DNA from: Tubiluchus corallicola | Taxonomy: Eukaryota > Animalia > Priapulida | Direction of reading: 5' to 3' | Assembly: GCA_030141605.1 (NCBI GenBank) | Contig: JAQGDQ010000762.1 | Span: 1-64,000 of the forward strand | Length of the DNA: 64,000 nucleotides | In this document: in pieces, positions 22,652-37,600 of the stretch | Layout: each line of letters opens with the position of its first letter | Numbering within the stretch: position 1 is the first letter of the stretch | Made by a program: the position numbers and the translations under genes | The notes under the pieces: model-generated | What the model was told of the DNA's origin: nothing | Database searches by the model: none | The model's input: the letters and a program-made list of their open reading frames with translations, nothing else

Positions 22652-25600
22652 CTATACACCACCTCCACTACGATTGACTTGAAAATCCTTTTGAGACTCC
22701 TTCATTACTTTCCCAAGGGAAAACCGTGTTGGTGAAACAGCTCCAGTTTTCAACGCACTCATTAGCTGAAAGATTAAAATAAATAGTTAGATTAAAATTT
22801 AATAACGTGAACAGTATTTCAATGAAAAATGGCACTTTGTTAGAAAAGAGAGAACATGAAGACAATTATATGTGTATGCAACTCACCAGTTTTAAAGGAA
22901 ATGAGGAGCTCTTAAAATGTACTGTATTGTATATTTTTTCAGATATTAAATAGTTGGGGTGATGACACATATCCAGATAAAGTTGTACCACAAGAATTAT
23001 TCATTTGAGGGCAATTTCAAAAAAATTATGCATAAGATACACTTATTTCTATTACATAAAATGTAGTTATAGATTACTCAAATTAGTGTTCTGCTACACA
23101 CTTAAAAGTGTGATGGAACTCAAGGCATCAATGCCTTTAACTGCTGTTCTTAATCTTTGCCTTTTGAACATCAATAACATAACAGCTTGTGTTGAAGACA
23201 ATTCCTCTGCTAAATTTGGTTACTTTTCAATCATGTCTTCAAAATGTCTAGCCGTGATCACGATTTTTTTGCAGTCTAGCATGAGATTCAGTAACCATGA
23301 CAAATTTCTCACATACGGCTGTACTTTTACAATAATAATTTCACCTGATTTATTAATGACAAATAATTATATATCAATCTTTCAAAAACTCACTAACTCG
23401 ATAAGAAAGCTATGAGCCAATTAATTCAGGGTAGAAAAAGAGCGAGCATACATACTCAATTTATTTTAGCTTCCTTCTTGCTTTTGTCAACTTTATATCT
23501 ACCAAACAGCTGCACGTCTAACTGCCAAATGTTCATCAGCTAGTCAGGCATCAAAAGAGTGACATTAAGGCAAGGAAAATGAGCACAACAATAAGGAATG
23601 AAGGAAAAAGTAAGCAAACACAATAGCCAAGTTGCAAGAACTTATAAGAACATAAATAATTAAATATAGGGCAAAACTACAAACAAAGAATGGGAAAACG
23701 GCAGGTAAATGATAAAAAGAAAATACCTTAGTATCTGCCTAAAGAAAGGCTTAGAAAAAGCATGTATAGTGCATACATTACCTGTAGGAACTCTCCAAGT
23801 TCAATTTTACCATGCCTAGTTACATCAACTTCAGTTAACAACTCATGTAACTGATCTTCTGTGACATGCTCTCCTTTATCCTAGTGACAAATATGCTAAT
23901 TAACAACTTTTTTGTCATGTGCTAATTCTGTACATGAAGGAACAAATACTAGATCTGTAAATTGGGAATGTGGCACTGACTTGCACTGCTAGTGACCCTG
24001 GCTGAAATTCCAAGGGAAGGCCTAGTCAGCAGACATAGCTCAAGAAATGAGTTAGTACATGTAATAAATGAAAGCAAGAAGATTTCTTTCATATAAAAAT
24101 GAAAAATACGTACATGCTAAAGGACTCCCCTCTAAGAGGGGTCAGGCACCCTGCAAAAACAGCAGGTGAATTTTTGAACCAGGTTGAACATTACAAGTAC
24201 TACAGGTTGAAAGTTCAGTTGTTTTCGATATCTGGAGCTGTATGAGCGATCCTAATATGCTCATAGGATGCGAAAAACCTTAACAATTACATATCTGCTT
24301 CACTAGTGTAATGACTACGAATATGATGAATGGTAAAGTGAATACCTCGATGATTATTCACAAAAATACTAATTGTTTTAGACACCAAAACAGCGAAACA
24401 TCAGTTTGCAGAATCATCTTTTGGAAGCAGTCAAAGTTGTTCCACAGAATGTTAAAATATAAAAAATAAAAACTGGTTTAGGTTTTTCAAAGACAAAGCT
24501 GGCATCAAAGACAGGTGAAAAAGATGGTAAATGAAACATGAAATAGCTGTTAGGTAATCAATTAATAAACAAACCACTTGTAAACAATCATACAGCAGGC
24601 TTATAAATGTTTGGAAAGCATGTTAATTTGGAGTGCAAGTAAAAATTTATAAAACTAACCCTGAACATTTTTCGTAAATCATTCAGTGTAATATGTCCCA
24701 AGTTCTTTTTGTCCATGTTCTTGAACTGCTTAACGTAATCATTGAATTCATCTCGAGTGAAGTTTATTGGCACTTTGCTTAAACCACGCCCAAGTTTGCC
24801 ACCCATCTCAGTGTTCAGAAACTCTTTTGCTTCATCTAACTGTTTCTATTCACATAAAAAAAGATGTAAAGTACAAAACCAGTGCAAATTACCTTGCATT
24901 TATAAATATGTTTGTACTTTTACAGTTACTGCAAAATATCCTAAACATTATGATAATACAATTAACATGGTAAGCCTTGTACACAGGATTTCCTTTAGAA
25001 AAAGTCTGCACTCACTGTTAGGTGGTGCAAGACTGGTAAAACATGTAAATAGCGAATAATGAAATGGCTCGCGCTTAATAGAACGACTGTCTTTGCAGTC
25101 CTTAGCAGTCTACCGGGATAAAAACACAGAAGCTAATACTGTAGGTTATGTTATGTAGTTTTTATGCTATAAGCAACTCTTTTGAACAGAATAAAGCAAC
25201 AAGTCATATTCAAATTAATTAAAAAATCGCTGTTAAAGTAAAAGCCGTTTTGGGTAAAGTAAGTAAATAAGAAAAAATATTTAACGTTATTAAAATTAAA
25301 TGCCACTAAATGAGGCATTGTTAACCTAAGACTTACTGTACATACAGTGCTACTAAAAAATATCATATTTTATTTTGTTTCCAGCAACTCTGCAATTCCT
25401 ACAACTTTGTTAACATTTTTGTCTATTTTGCAAGTTGCTGTCGGCTATCATGAGCTGTATTTACGCATATATTTATATTTATTGGTAAGTACTATTCACA
25501 CAAGGCATACGCTGCTTATAAAAATAGAAAACACATACATATATATACTGCATTAGTAACAGCACAAATATGTAAGTTACATACAATAATTTAAACTAAG

Positions 25601-28600
25601 GCAAAACATCAAACTTTCATGTATCGGCCCAATGGCATAACATAAACATATATATATTCAAGGTAGTTACATGCACATATAGCATTTAATTTACAGAAAT
25701 GATATTAGTTAAATATAATGCATTTTAAATTTATAATAATTACATCTTGGTGCTGAAACATTTTAAAACAAAATTTCAAACAATTTGAATCATTTAGCCT
25801 AATAATAATTTTAGTTTGACATCATCTGATAAGTAAACAAAGTTTGGATACATAAAGCAATTTCTGTATAACTGGTATTTCTTAGTTGTTCACATCTACT
25901 GCAGTGCAAGAGCATGTGTGCTCCATCTTCTATCTCTTGTTTGTTTGGATTGCAATGTGTACAATATCTTTCATTGGCTGGGATTTTATTATGTTTATGG
26001 TGCCTAGTAGCTAATGCGTAGTTTTGTGAAAGCAAATTTAGCTTTGTGGGTTATGGTATTAATTTGGAATATTTGGAGTATTAATATGGGAATACTTTTC
26101 TATGTCATAGTTTTCTTTGACTTTGCAGAAAGTTCTTAATTGTTGTTAGTACTATGCATTCTGTTAATTTCTTTTTTCACATTTCGAGATACATAGTCTG
26201 GAATTTCTGTTTGACATAAATAATAAGCATTTGTTGTTTACAATTCCTTGATTTTCCATACATGTTCAAAACATGTCAAACATGTCTTAAAATACCTTTT
26301 ACAAATTTTGCCCAGCAGAATATGTTACTGTCCGATTGACTTAAAGACACTGAATAAATATGCATGATTAGCGATGCGTTAGGTTTGCTATAATTATTTA
26401 TAGCCAGTAACTTATTACATAATATTTTATGTCTATTCCTATAGGTAACTGTCCAAGTACAGCTTACACTGTGTTTTTTACTTATTTGCTTGATTTACCT
26501 GCTTTTTTATTATTATTTTTTTGTTTAATAACTTAATAACTCGCGCACCCACTGGGCTCGGTTTATAAGACTCACAGGGCACGCTCCTCAGGTAGGAGGA
26601 ATTATGTTTTTGTGTAACCTATCACATGCAGCAGGTCAAAGGCCAGAGAGGCTTCTTTTTCGTTAGGCTCTCTTCCTACAGTTTTTGCACTATTCTGGCA
26701 ATAATTTTTGGTATGTGGCTAGGTGGGGTTGAGTTGTTGTTCATGGCTGAATATGAGTCATTTGCGTATAGGAAAATTTTCCGCTAGGGGGCAAAAACGA
26801 AATCGAGGAGGTTGGGGACATCAACCCTTCCAACGCCGAATAACAGTATCGTGTAATATATCAAATGACAATTCTTGACAAGACAAATTGAATGGTATAA
26901 GTTTCACTGATTTTGATGGGCACTGCTCAATATCGCAGGTTAAAGGTAAGAGGGTACGATTTCAGTTTTGAAATGTTCTCGAACATCATTGAGAAAATGC
27001 GACCATCGGGCGTGTCAAGGGAATGTTTAAGGGAGTTTTATAACTCCTTAGAAAGAGAAAGACTAGGGCTTCTAGATGACATAAGTTTTTTCAGAAACAC
27101 CGAAATTGGCTCGAACATCGATTGACTAATTCTATGCAAAATAGCAAAAATTTCACATGTGAAACTGGATTCTCACCCGACACGCGTGACGTCACACAGC
27201 ACAGTGTACCGCTATTACACCTATTGTAAGCTGCGCGATTACTCGCAAGCTGTGTTGGCGCAATTGTAAGGGCACCTATATTTTGCATCTAAAAGCTATG
27301 AGTTCGAATGTCCATTAATGCTTTCTGCCCCATGTCATTTACATCTTATTCCAGCTCACATTGTTAAGCTTTGGTCAGGTTTTGTTAGTTTCTACATAAT
27401 TACATTAGTTTGTATTTCAGTCAAATTTTCACAAAGCTTACGTCTATGAGCTGCTGATTAAACCATTTTGCAATCAAGAAAATATGTAGCTTAGCTTAGT
27501 TTATGGCTTGTAAGTTAGATAAAAACAACTATGTGATCAACTTTAAATAAAGACAAAACAAAATGTTTTCTTTTCTGGTCAAATGCGGTCAAAACTTATA
27601 TTATACATCAAATTAACTAATTTTACGCTATTTTTATGATTATAATCGTAGTTAAAAGATGCAATTGGGACTTTTGTGACTAGGGCATTCAATATAAGGA
27701 CCGTCCATGGAATGGAACAGTCAAATTTATTCAATTTCTGTAGCCTGACAAATGGAAAAATACAAAAACTAAATAAATCTTGCAGACGAGCACATGATCA
27801 GTTAGCATAGAAAAAAATACATTGCAGGCATGATGTTCGTATATTCAAAGGCAAGAGAGACTTAATATTTTTGTTGCTCATTTATTGTAAAGCAAAGCTA
27901 ACTGGCTTAGTTTCTTTATTATACTGATATCTCTGTATTTTGTAGTGCTTTGAAACTTTGTCTCTACATTCTGTTTAAATTGAAAAGTCATTTTTTCGCT
28001 ACTCGAAGTGTTAATTTCTTGTAAAAATAGCTGCTGCTCTGCAAATTTGTGTTTGTGAAAAAGAGCAATCAGTTTATCTGCTGATTAGACATTAGTTGTA
28101 ACTGTCACGTTGTTTAGCTTAATTTAGTTTAGCTTAGACAGTTGTTGTCCAGCATGAGCTTTTGTCCCGAATGCTAGAGAGAGTGCTTACGTTACAGCGG
28201 GGACTTAGTCAACAATTAGACTGATGATTGGCCATCTGACAAGAAATTGTAGTTTGAATGTTTCTAAAACGAAAACCAATTCCTAAGCAATCATACGTGG
28301 TGAATTCAAAAGAGAATTCAATATTATGCCCTTCAGAGCCTTGACACCTGCGAAAAAGTGACAAGTTCTGATTTCGCTGAAGCTTTTAATTGTCAAGCAC
28401 AACAGTACTTACAGACATAATATTAACTATTTTGAAAAACATATTTATTTGAAAAACAAAAGCTGTCACATAAACCACAGTTTACCACAGTTTTTGACAC
28501 TGTCAATATTATTAACATTTAGTATATATCTGCACAATTTTACCTTGAGGGCTTCAGTATTTATTTTGTCATAAACAATTGTTGGATTAAATTGAAAGTG

Positions 28601-31600
28601 TGTTGAAAATTTGCATCGTATTGTGCCAATCATGTACTCCAAACCAAATATAAAAATGATGCATAATAATGACCATACTATATTTGAAATAAAAATGTGC
28701 AACTACTGTGTAGTTCTTTTAAAACTCAAATATAAAAGATGTCAAACCTTTTGGGAAATTTACTTTCACAAATGTGTAAACTAGACTTGAATTTTCGAAA
28801 AACAGCCATGATACAGTCGTAGTACAGAAAGACTACAGCATACCTGGGCTTCCTGTTTGCTCCACCCTAGCTCCTGACTCATGATTTCAACAACTTTGGG
28901 AAGAGCCTCCTTAGCAGCAGCATGGTTAAGAAATGCTAGCCTCAAACGTCTAGAAATGACATCAACCGCAGTACAAGCATATTCGTTAATAGCATAGTAT
29001 ACCTGCAAAAAGGAAACTCGTATAATCACAATATTTTGACATTTCTTATGCAATGAAAAAACTTGCAATATCGCTGTGCACAATCTACTTCTTACTAGCA
29101 AGTTTTGAAAGATATGTGCTATTCTCTAAAAATGAATAAATGACATTTCTGTTTAAAAAGGTTTTAAACCTAAATTTGTGATTTTGATATTTAAATGAAT
29201 TTCAGTTTTGACACAGTAGTACACAGAGATGTTGTCACAGGAACATCAATCTTTCAAATTTATTAAAATTTAGATTAAAATTTGTTTTAGATAGAGCAGC
29301 AGAATGTGGCCTCATTATTGTTAAGGGTCAGCAAAAGTGTACCAAATGTACTAAATTTACTTGATGGAAAGGTACACATTTTCAAAGTCAATAAGCATAA
29401 GTTTATCAGCGAGTTTTAAAGCTTTAAGTAGTAAAATAGAAAAATAATGAAACAAAACCAAGTTTTTGTAACATTATCTACCGTATCATCAAACACTTTT
29501 CAAGTTTGGCTAAGTAATACGTTCAGAACACATTCTGTTATCAACAGTATTTTAATAATGCTTATGTAAACCAGGCAGTCAAAAACGACTTCTGACACAC
29601 TGTGCAGGTTGTCGAACTCGTTAGAAAAATAATTTAGGCTAGCAGAAAAATACTCACCTCGGCTTCAATGTTAGGATATTCTGAATGCAAACGCTTTCCA
29701 ACAACCGGCCACCGTTTTTTAGTAAGCTGTGCATATTGAGCAACATCAAATGCTCTGTCACCATAATTATGGGCTAAATGTTTTGCTACCTGTAAATTTC
29801 AGAAAAAAACTGTAAGTAACAGTACTTACATTACAAAGTACCGGAAAATGACAACCAGGCCTTCAGATTCTTTTGCTACAGCTCATAAATTTCAGAATAT
29901 TGTATTCTTGTGAAAAAAGGTTTGATTACAACTTTATGGAATTAATGATGAATGAAACTGTATGATTTCTCAATGCAAGAGAGTATACTAATGTTTCACC
30001 AATCTAATTACAGCAAAATGCCTGGAAGTTAATAGCAGCATAGTAAGAAAATTTTTATTCAATGAGGTGAGACAGATTCTTACAAAAGTGTACATGGTCA
30101 CGAAGTTTATAATTTCTTTTTGACAAAGAAGGAAAATGAATTCCTGCCATATGAAAAACCTGCATAAGTTGCAAGTTATTTAACATTATGCTTAATGTTA
30201 TCAGTGATGGCAATTTGAGAAAAGCAAACTGGTAAATTTGTCAACTAGAACACAACATCGTGACATAACATAATCAACAACATCACAATGTCGACAAAAT
30301 GCCCCAAGTTTTTTGTTTAAAGATAACAGTAAGCGTATTAAATTAAATGTTTATTTTGTGCGTGACACATAATATACCTCACTTTCCAAACCGAAATCTT
30401 GCACTAGTCTAATGTACATTGTAGGCTTGTATTCATGAGCACCTTCTAGCAATAATCCATCAGTCCTACAGCGAGGAAATGGAGCGTTCAAGCTGCATTC
30501 AGCAATGGCCCTATCAACTGTCTCTTCTGCCATCTGCCTATAGGTGGTCCACTTTCCACCTACAAATTACTTATACTGTCTAAAAACCCAGCACAGTATT
30601 ACAAGTGGTAAAAGTAAGGTCAGTCTACTTCCAATGGTTTTTCATTATAAAATATTAACAGTAATCTAGCAGTTCAGAGATACCTGGTGATTATCATGAT
30701 CATAATGATTAGTGACTAAAGGAAAGCCTTCATTATGCTTCTATGTGTAATCAAGACAAGTTAACTAAAAGTATATGGGAAGCACCTAATCACCTGCACG
30801 AATTAAATAATTTTCTAAATAAGGGCTGTGTCACACAAAACTGGACACAATCCATAAGGCAAAAACCATAAGAAGAAAAAGCTGTTTCATGAAAAATGAA
30901 AGTATTGCTAACTAATGGTCCCTGTCATAATCCAATTTGCCGTCTTCCGCCAACCGCAGTTTGCCTAACATATGCTGTAAGTCATAATCCATGGTAGGCT
31001 CCCCATAAGACGTTTTGCGCAGTTCATAGGGCGCCTAATTTCAAAATGAATTTGGCCATTAATTTCATTTGCCATAAGGCATTTTTTGTCATTGCTAACT
31101 GGATAATTAGCGTATTTGTGGTTTTTATAATGTACAATTCATTTATATCGGAAGATTTCATAACACCGACGTAATATAAACAATAAACTGCGTTTTTAAC
31201 CCACAACACTTATTTACGACTATGGTATTACTACAACACAAAATAAATGCAAAACACATGCAGGAGGCAGCATACCAGTCAATCACACTATATGATTGTT
31301 GATTTGACGGACATTCTAGTGTAACTGAAAAATTTTTCATTATCTCTCTTGATCATTTGACATAATGTTGAGCGGTGATGCATTTTCGACATTATGAATG
31401 ATCCAAAAAACTGATTTGTGCCTCCCACCAAAAAAAAGATAATGGCAAAACGTCTTGTTAGTTACACAAAGCAAGGCGCCTTCCATGGATTACAACTTGC
31501 AACTTATGGAAAATAGAAGATGTTTTATAGATTATGGCTTGCTCCTTAAGGCTTTCTCTGTGAGACACAGGCCTAAAACTAAACAAAACCCTAGCAACTT

Positions 31601-34600
31601 GCCCTTAAGTACAGCCTTAAACTGCTGTTCTAATTTATGCTACAAAACTGGAAACTTTGCTGTTCAATGTAGGATTAAAAAAAATTTGTAAAGTATATAA
31701 AATCAACGTATACAAGAAGCCATTAAAAGAGAAATTTACATTGTTAGTGACTGTTGTTAAAAGCACCAACCACGCTTTTATACAAAAACTGAATATTGCC
31801 AGTACAGGTAAAACAAGTCTGTGCCTTATATGACCAGCAGGCCAGTATAGGGCAGAGACCTATTTCACCTATTGTTATATAGTTAAGAAAAAAAGCATAT
31901 CCAAAATCGGTAAAAAAAATTGCGTAACTACTAAAAAACAGGTCATGAACATTTGTTAATGCGTACCTGCAATGGTAATCAGTTTACTGTTGCTCACAGT
32001 GATGACATGGTTGCGAGCAATAGCTTCAGTTTTAGTTTGATTTGGATCAAGAACTAGAGGGCGTATTCCTGACCAGGCAGCAAGTACATCACCGCGTCTC
32101 ACTGAAAAATGTAATTGTGAATTTTTAGTGTGTAATCCATGCCACTGCTTTGCAAAATTCAACAAATTTCTACCAGTAAAGCAACTATCAATGAACAAAC
32201 ATTAGTGGTGCAGCAAAATCAATACTTATAACTTGTACCAAATTAGGGAAGAAAAAAGCAAATTATTGCTGTCGCTGAAAAAACAAGAAAATCACTATAA
32301 ATCAGCTTAGTAAGATATGGGGCTCATGAAAGATGCACATACAACTGGGTTTTAACCATCTTAAGCCCTGAGTGTTAAATTGCAGCTTTTATCATGTTTT
32401 AAGATTATAAAAATATTTTGGCAGCTTTCATGCTGTTTGTTCATGCACCACATAAGCTCAAAAAAGTTCTTTAGATTCCAGCAGGCTACATCCAGCACTC
32501 TAGGCTACTTCTAACAATACTAGGCAAATGCATTCAAATAACCCTTTTAATATTCCACACACTGTAAACTTAAGCTTCCTTTAATCTACTAATGGTTGGT
32601 CATACAATGTTACCCTAGCTTAATAGGGTAAAATGATGTTGTTTGCTTTGTTTTTACTGTGAATGTGGGGCAGGATATGAAAATAAAGTAACAAATTACC
32701 ATCAACGTCACGATCGAGGTAATTCCTAATCTCATTAAGAATAAACTGGATTTCAGCTTCTGTTGGAGAAGGATGATGCGTAATGTCACAAGCCTGATCA
32801 GTTGTTCCAGCTATAGTTACTTTCTCCCAAGGTAAGAAAAAAATGACCCGTCCATCGCTGGTTGCAGGATCTAGCAAACCCATACTGTCCGGGCTGTACG
32901 ATGACAAAAATCTTGCATTAGTTATAGTAAAATGCCAAAATTTTTATGCACAAAATGTATAACTAAAATAACAATAACTAACAATGACAACATGCTTAGA
33001 TAAACTAGAATTTGTGTTTGAATTTTCCAGAATCCGGGTTTCAAACGACTTTGATGTTTGCAACTAGATTGGAACCTAATTTACCATCAAAGCGACCCCT
33101 AGAAGATAAACAACTAAACTGAGAGTGGCGGGTCTATATTAGTCAATTTCAGATGTGAGTATATTTTGTCATTCAACATGGTAATGGCAGATAAGAAAAT
33201 TTAATAGAAGCCCTGTGCATGCAGTAAAGCAATATAAGTGCCAAAACTATTAATCAGTAAAATATGAAAGTTGCAGAAATGCCACACCAAACTTAAGCTT
33301 ACCTATAATAACCTGGTAAAACAATATGGACTCCTGAACTAGGCTGACATATGTTTCTTTCATGTGGGTTATCCAGTTTGCGAATGAAATCCGTGAAAGG
33401 TCCTGTTGCGTTAACGACACATTTTGCTTTCACTTCAAATTCTTTACCTATTTTAAACAATACTGAGCAAATCACACAAAATGTAAAATTACAAAAAATA
33501 TAGTAATAAAAGATTTATGAAGTGTGCATAAGTCAAAAAAATAGTTTCAATTTATTAAATACTTTGCCTGCTAAATGAACAGGGAAAAGCAGCTAGCACT
33601 TATGTTTTTTACAGTAGTAAGCATTTCATGATATTTAAATGCTTTTCATGACAGCTAGTTATTGTTATTGTGCAAAATCCTTGCAGAACAAAATGGACTA
33701 TTTATATTTGATGTTTTAAATCTAAATAGATGATTAAATGTAAAATGATTTATACAGTTTTATCTGCAATTCATACAACACATAAAAACATATTATACCA
33801 GTTAAAGTATCTCTACATAAAGCACCAGTTATCACGCCTGGTTCAGATTCTTCACTATTTTTCAATAACTGTACAACTTCACAATGATTGGCAATGGTGG
33901 CTCCAATTCTAGCTGCAGTAAGAGCTATTGCTACATTCATCCTAGCATCATTATGCTGCCCTGAATATATAACATGTTATTAAATTAACAAAACCAAGAC
34001 CAATCAAAGTGTAAGCTTACAATTTAGCTCCTCAAAAAATTAGTAAACATTTGCTATAAACGATTGCAAAGTTATAAGCATGTAGTCAAGTACACAAAAA
34101 TGTGAAGTACATTTACCATATGAGGCAAGTTGGTAAAAATGGAGAAAAAACATACAATGTCAGCAATGATAAATTTGAAACCTAACACACCAAATGGCTA
34201 AAAAACTCAAAAGTCCAATTTTATTATGACAATCAGTAATATTTAGCAATACATGCAGAATCTTACTATTTGCAAACTGTTTATTAAGATTCTGCAATAC
34301 ATATATATATATATATATATATGCAGAATATTCTTTTTTACAAACCATTTACTAAGATTCAGCTTATACAAAGAATCTTCTTATTTATAAACCATTTATT
34401 ACTTCTTATTCTTTATCAAAATTCTGCAATATTTGCTTTCATATCTGCAGTGTTTTTTAAGTATTTTTCAAAAAGTGAGAATGGCCAGGTCAAGTAACAT
34501 GGATAAAAGTGTTAAAAGGGGTTCATGTTAATAACTCCAGAAGCACAAGAGCTAGAATCATGAAACTTGCAAGTCGGGCACACAGATATGGTTTAAGAAT

Positions 34601-37600
34601 GGTGACCTCTGAGTATGTTTTTGCATATATGGGTAACCAGTAAGGATAGGTGGCTATTAAGTATTCTTCAAAAACGGGTTTGGCTAGGTCATGTGACATG
34701 GGAAAAAATTCAAAATAGAGTGTTGTCAATAACTGGAAAAGTAAAAAAGCTGGAGTCACGAAACTTGCAGGGCAAATGCTGGCGGTACTGGCTCAGACAA
34801 CGGAATATTGAATGGTGACCTGGGTTAAAGGGTCAAGGACGGTAAACATCTATATGTTTTTGTTAGGTCCTAGTTCCTCCTACAGTTTTTGAACTAGGGC
34901 CACAAGTGGTGGCATGTAGCTTGGTGCTGTTCAGTTCTTGCACCATACGAGTGGCTAAACACAAGTCATCTGGAAGCGGTAATATTTTCACTAGTGGGCA
35001 AAACTGAAAATAGGGGGTTGGGCACAGATATTTTTCGGGTGTTGATCAACAATGACTTGTAGTACATGAAATGAAAGGTCCCTATGAAATAAAATGTTTA
35101 GGCTTGTGTGGGTAGCATAGATAGGCATTAATTATTAAAACCAAATCTAATTCTGTATTTTGCAAATTTCAATAATGTGTTAAGCTCCCAGAAAGTAAAT
35201 GTCATGCTCTGAATAGGAAAACTGAAACTGAAACTAAAATAGGCAAACAAAAGCTGAAAAATAATTTTAAATATGTTTGTTTTTCATTCCAAATAAGCAT
35301 TTCACCGGCATCTCTAACTCTAGCTATCCTGCCTAATCATCAGTTATGCCTACCGTCATAGTAAACCAATGCACCAACCATTTTGTCCTTCTTCAGCATT
35401 GGAAACAGTTCCAAGGCTTTGTTTTTTGACAAAAAATAGCTTGACTTAACATTTTGTCTACCAGCAACCAGATCATAACATTTAATGCCAACCCAGTAGT
35501 ATGGGATTTGCCACCATCTGTAACAAATGCATCGAAATTATTTTTTAATGTAATACTTGTCACTACTACAGAGCTACAAAAAACTTCTAAAAACCCAAAG
35601 ACGACTACATCTGCTATGAGAAATAAGATTTCCATGGTAAATAACCACACTTGCATAACAGATAATTCAAGATAGGAATTGTCAAATATTTTTATTACAG
35701 TTTGCCTTAACTTCCATTTGAATCTACTCTGAAATTTATATTGGCGACAGTTTTGTTGCCATTTTGCCACATGAACAAAAAACACAAGAATGCCTAAATT
35801 CTAGATAGTGCAGAGATATGTCGGTTATGAAACTCTAAAATATCAAATTATTTTTTGCAGTATAGTGTGATGCTGACAAAACAAAACTAACAAAAATTTA
35901 CGAAAGGTATAATCTTCTTCTGTAATGTTCTTCTCGCTCTCATAAATTGGGCATTTTTTAACCTTAGTTGCCCATTTGTCAGATAAGCAGATAATCTTTT
36001 TTCTTTAGAGTATTTCATGCTATATGCACTTCGTGTATTTCAAGACATCAAACTTGAATAACGCATAGTTGCACTATTTAATTCAAGAACAGAATGCCAA
36101 GTAAACTAACAAACAAATACTAGCCAGGGTATGTACTTACTTGTATACAGGCAACATAATAGGAAAGGGATATGACAAGTGTGGTGCAATCTTCAACAGA
36201 TTAGCTCTTTCATGTAAAGCTTCTTTAACCATTCGATACTGCAGAGTAAAATGAACAATAATTTTCATAAAATTGTTTATAAATGCCAAAATTTAAAAAT
36301 GACAACACTAATTCATAAATGCTGCATATAAACTGTAAATTAATGGCTGAATTAGTTACATCACAAAATATCAGGGATTACATTTACTAAAAATCAAACT
36401 CAGCTCAGTTCAACTAATTACAACACTAGAAAACTTTCTAAGCTGTACCCTAAATGTTATAAAAAAGAGATACAAAAATGAAGAAGCAAAACAGATAAGT
36501 TTTAGAACACACAAAAATGCAGAATGAAATCGTTTAAAAATTTCATTTCTCGGCTCTCATTTACATTTATACTGCTCCTGCCAAATGCACTGACTATCTC
36601 TTTCCTCATCGTAAATAAAAAATTATACTTGAGGTACTCCATAAAGGTACAGAATATTGTTGATTTCCAATTTAATTTTGAGTATTTAGCCAATTTAAAA
36701 GAAAAACAGATAGTTATTTTTAATTTTAAGCAGTAATAATAAAGCTTTCATGAATTCATACGCAATCGCATGAATCACGAGATTGTCCAGTGTCTAAATT
36801 TCTTCTTCTTTCATGCACCAATGTGCGTCCTTCATTTGTATATTACAGTAGGAGTAATGCATCCAAACCTGAATATACAGTTATTTTTTTCATTCAGTTC
36901 TTAAGATCTTATATAAATGTGGCTTTAACTTTACTCTTGGTCAGTTTGTCTCTTTCAGTATGGCAGAACATATGTCCTTTTGTTTTTTTATATGTTTCAT
37001 ATGTATGTCAGTTTAGAATGTCAGTTCACTGCGTGAGTTAGTGATTTACTTGAATGGCAGAATTCACGTAATAAATCCATGGGTAATAAATTCAGCCCTC
37101 TTACTGTAGCCAATGTGGCTAGAATGGAATTGTATAATGCTTTAACTAGTAAAATCTGCTGCTCATTAATTCCAAACTTCGCTTTATAAATAAACCTTGT
37201 AACTGTGAAGACTACAAAATTGAGACATAAGTCCAGAGAAGTGACACAATGCAGCAGCATCAGTTAAGCACAAGACAGATCTCACTCCGAGAAGAGATCT
37301 ATTTAAGTTAAACTAAGTTTTTTAATTTTGTAAGCAGCTTATCACATATACAGGGTAATGGCATCATGGATAAACAATACATACTTTAAGCGAGTTGCTC
37401 TAATCATACGTATTGTACTATATTATTGTACTTCATTTAAAAACTTTTCGCAGGCAATTTACAGAGCTTTAATATGAGTACTGGCTTTTAAATAAACCAT
37501 ACACACTGCAATAATGTCGAAAAGTTTCTATGCTAGTTAAAAATGATCCCAGTAGATTTAGTGGGCAGATATTTAGTATTACTAACTTTCTGTAAAGTTG

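Noticed and set aside
23005-23415. 136-aa + strand ORF in the last GPD2 intron
   Set aside because: Non-ATG start, composition typical of AT-rich non-coding DNA, no motif or splice support.
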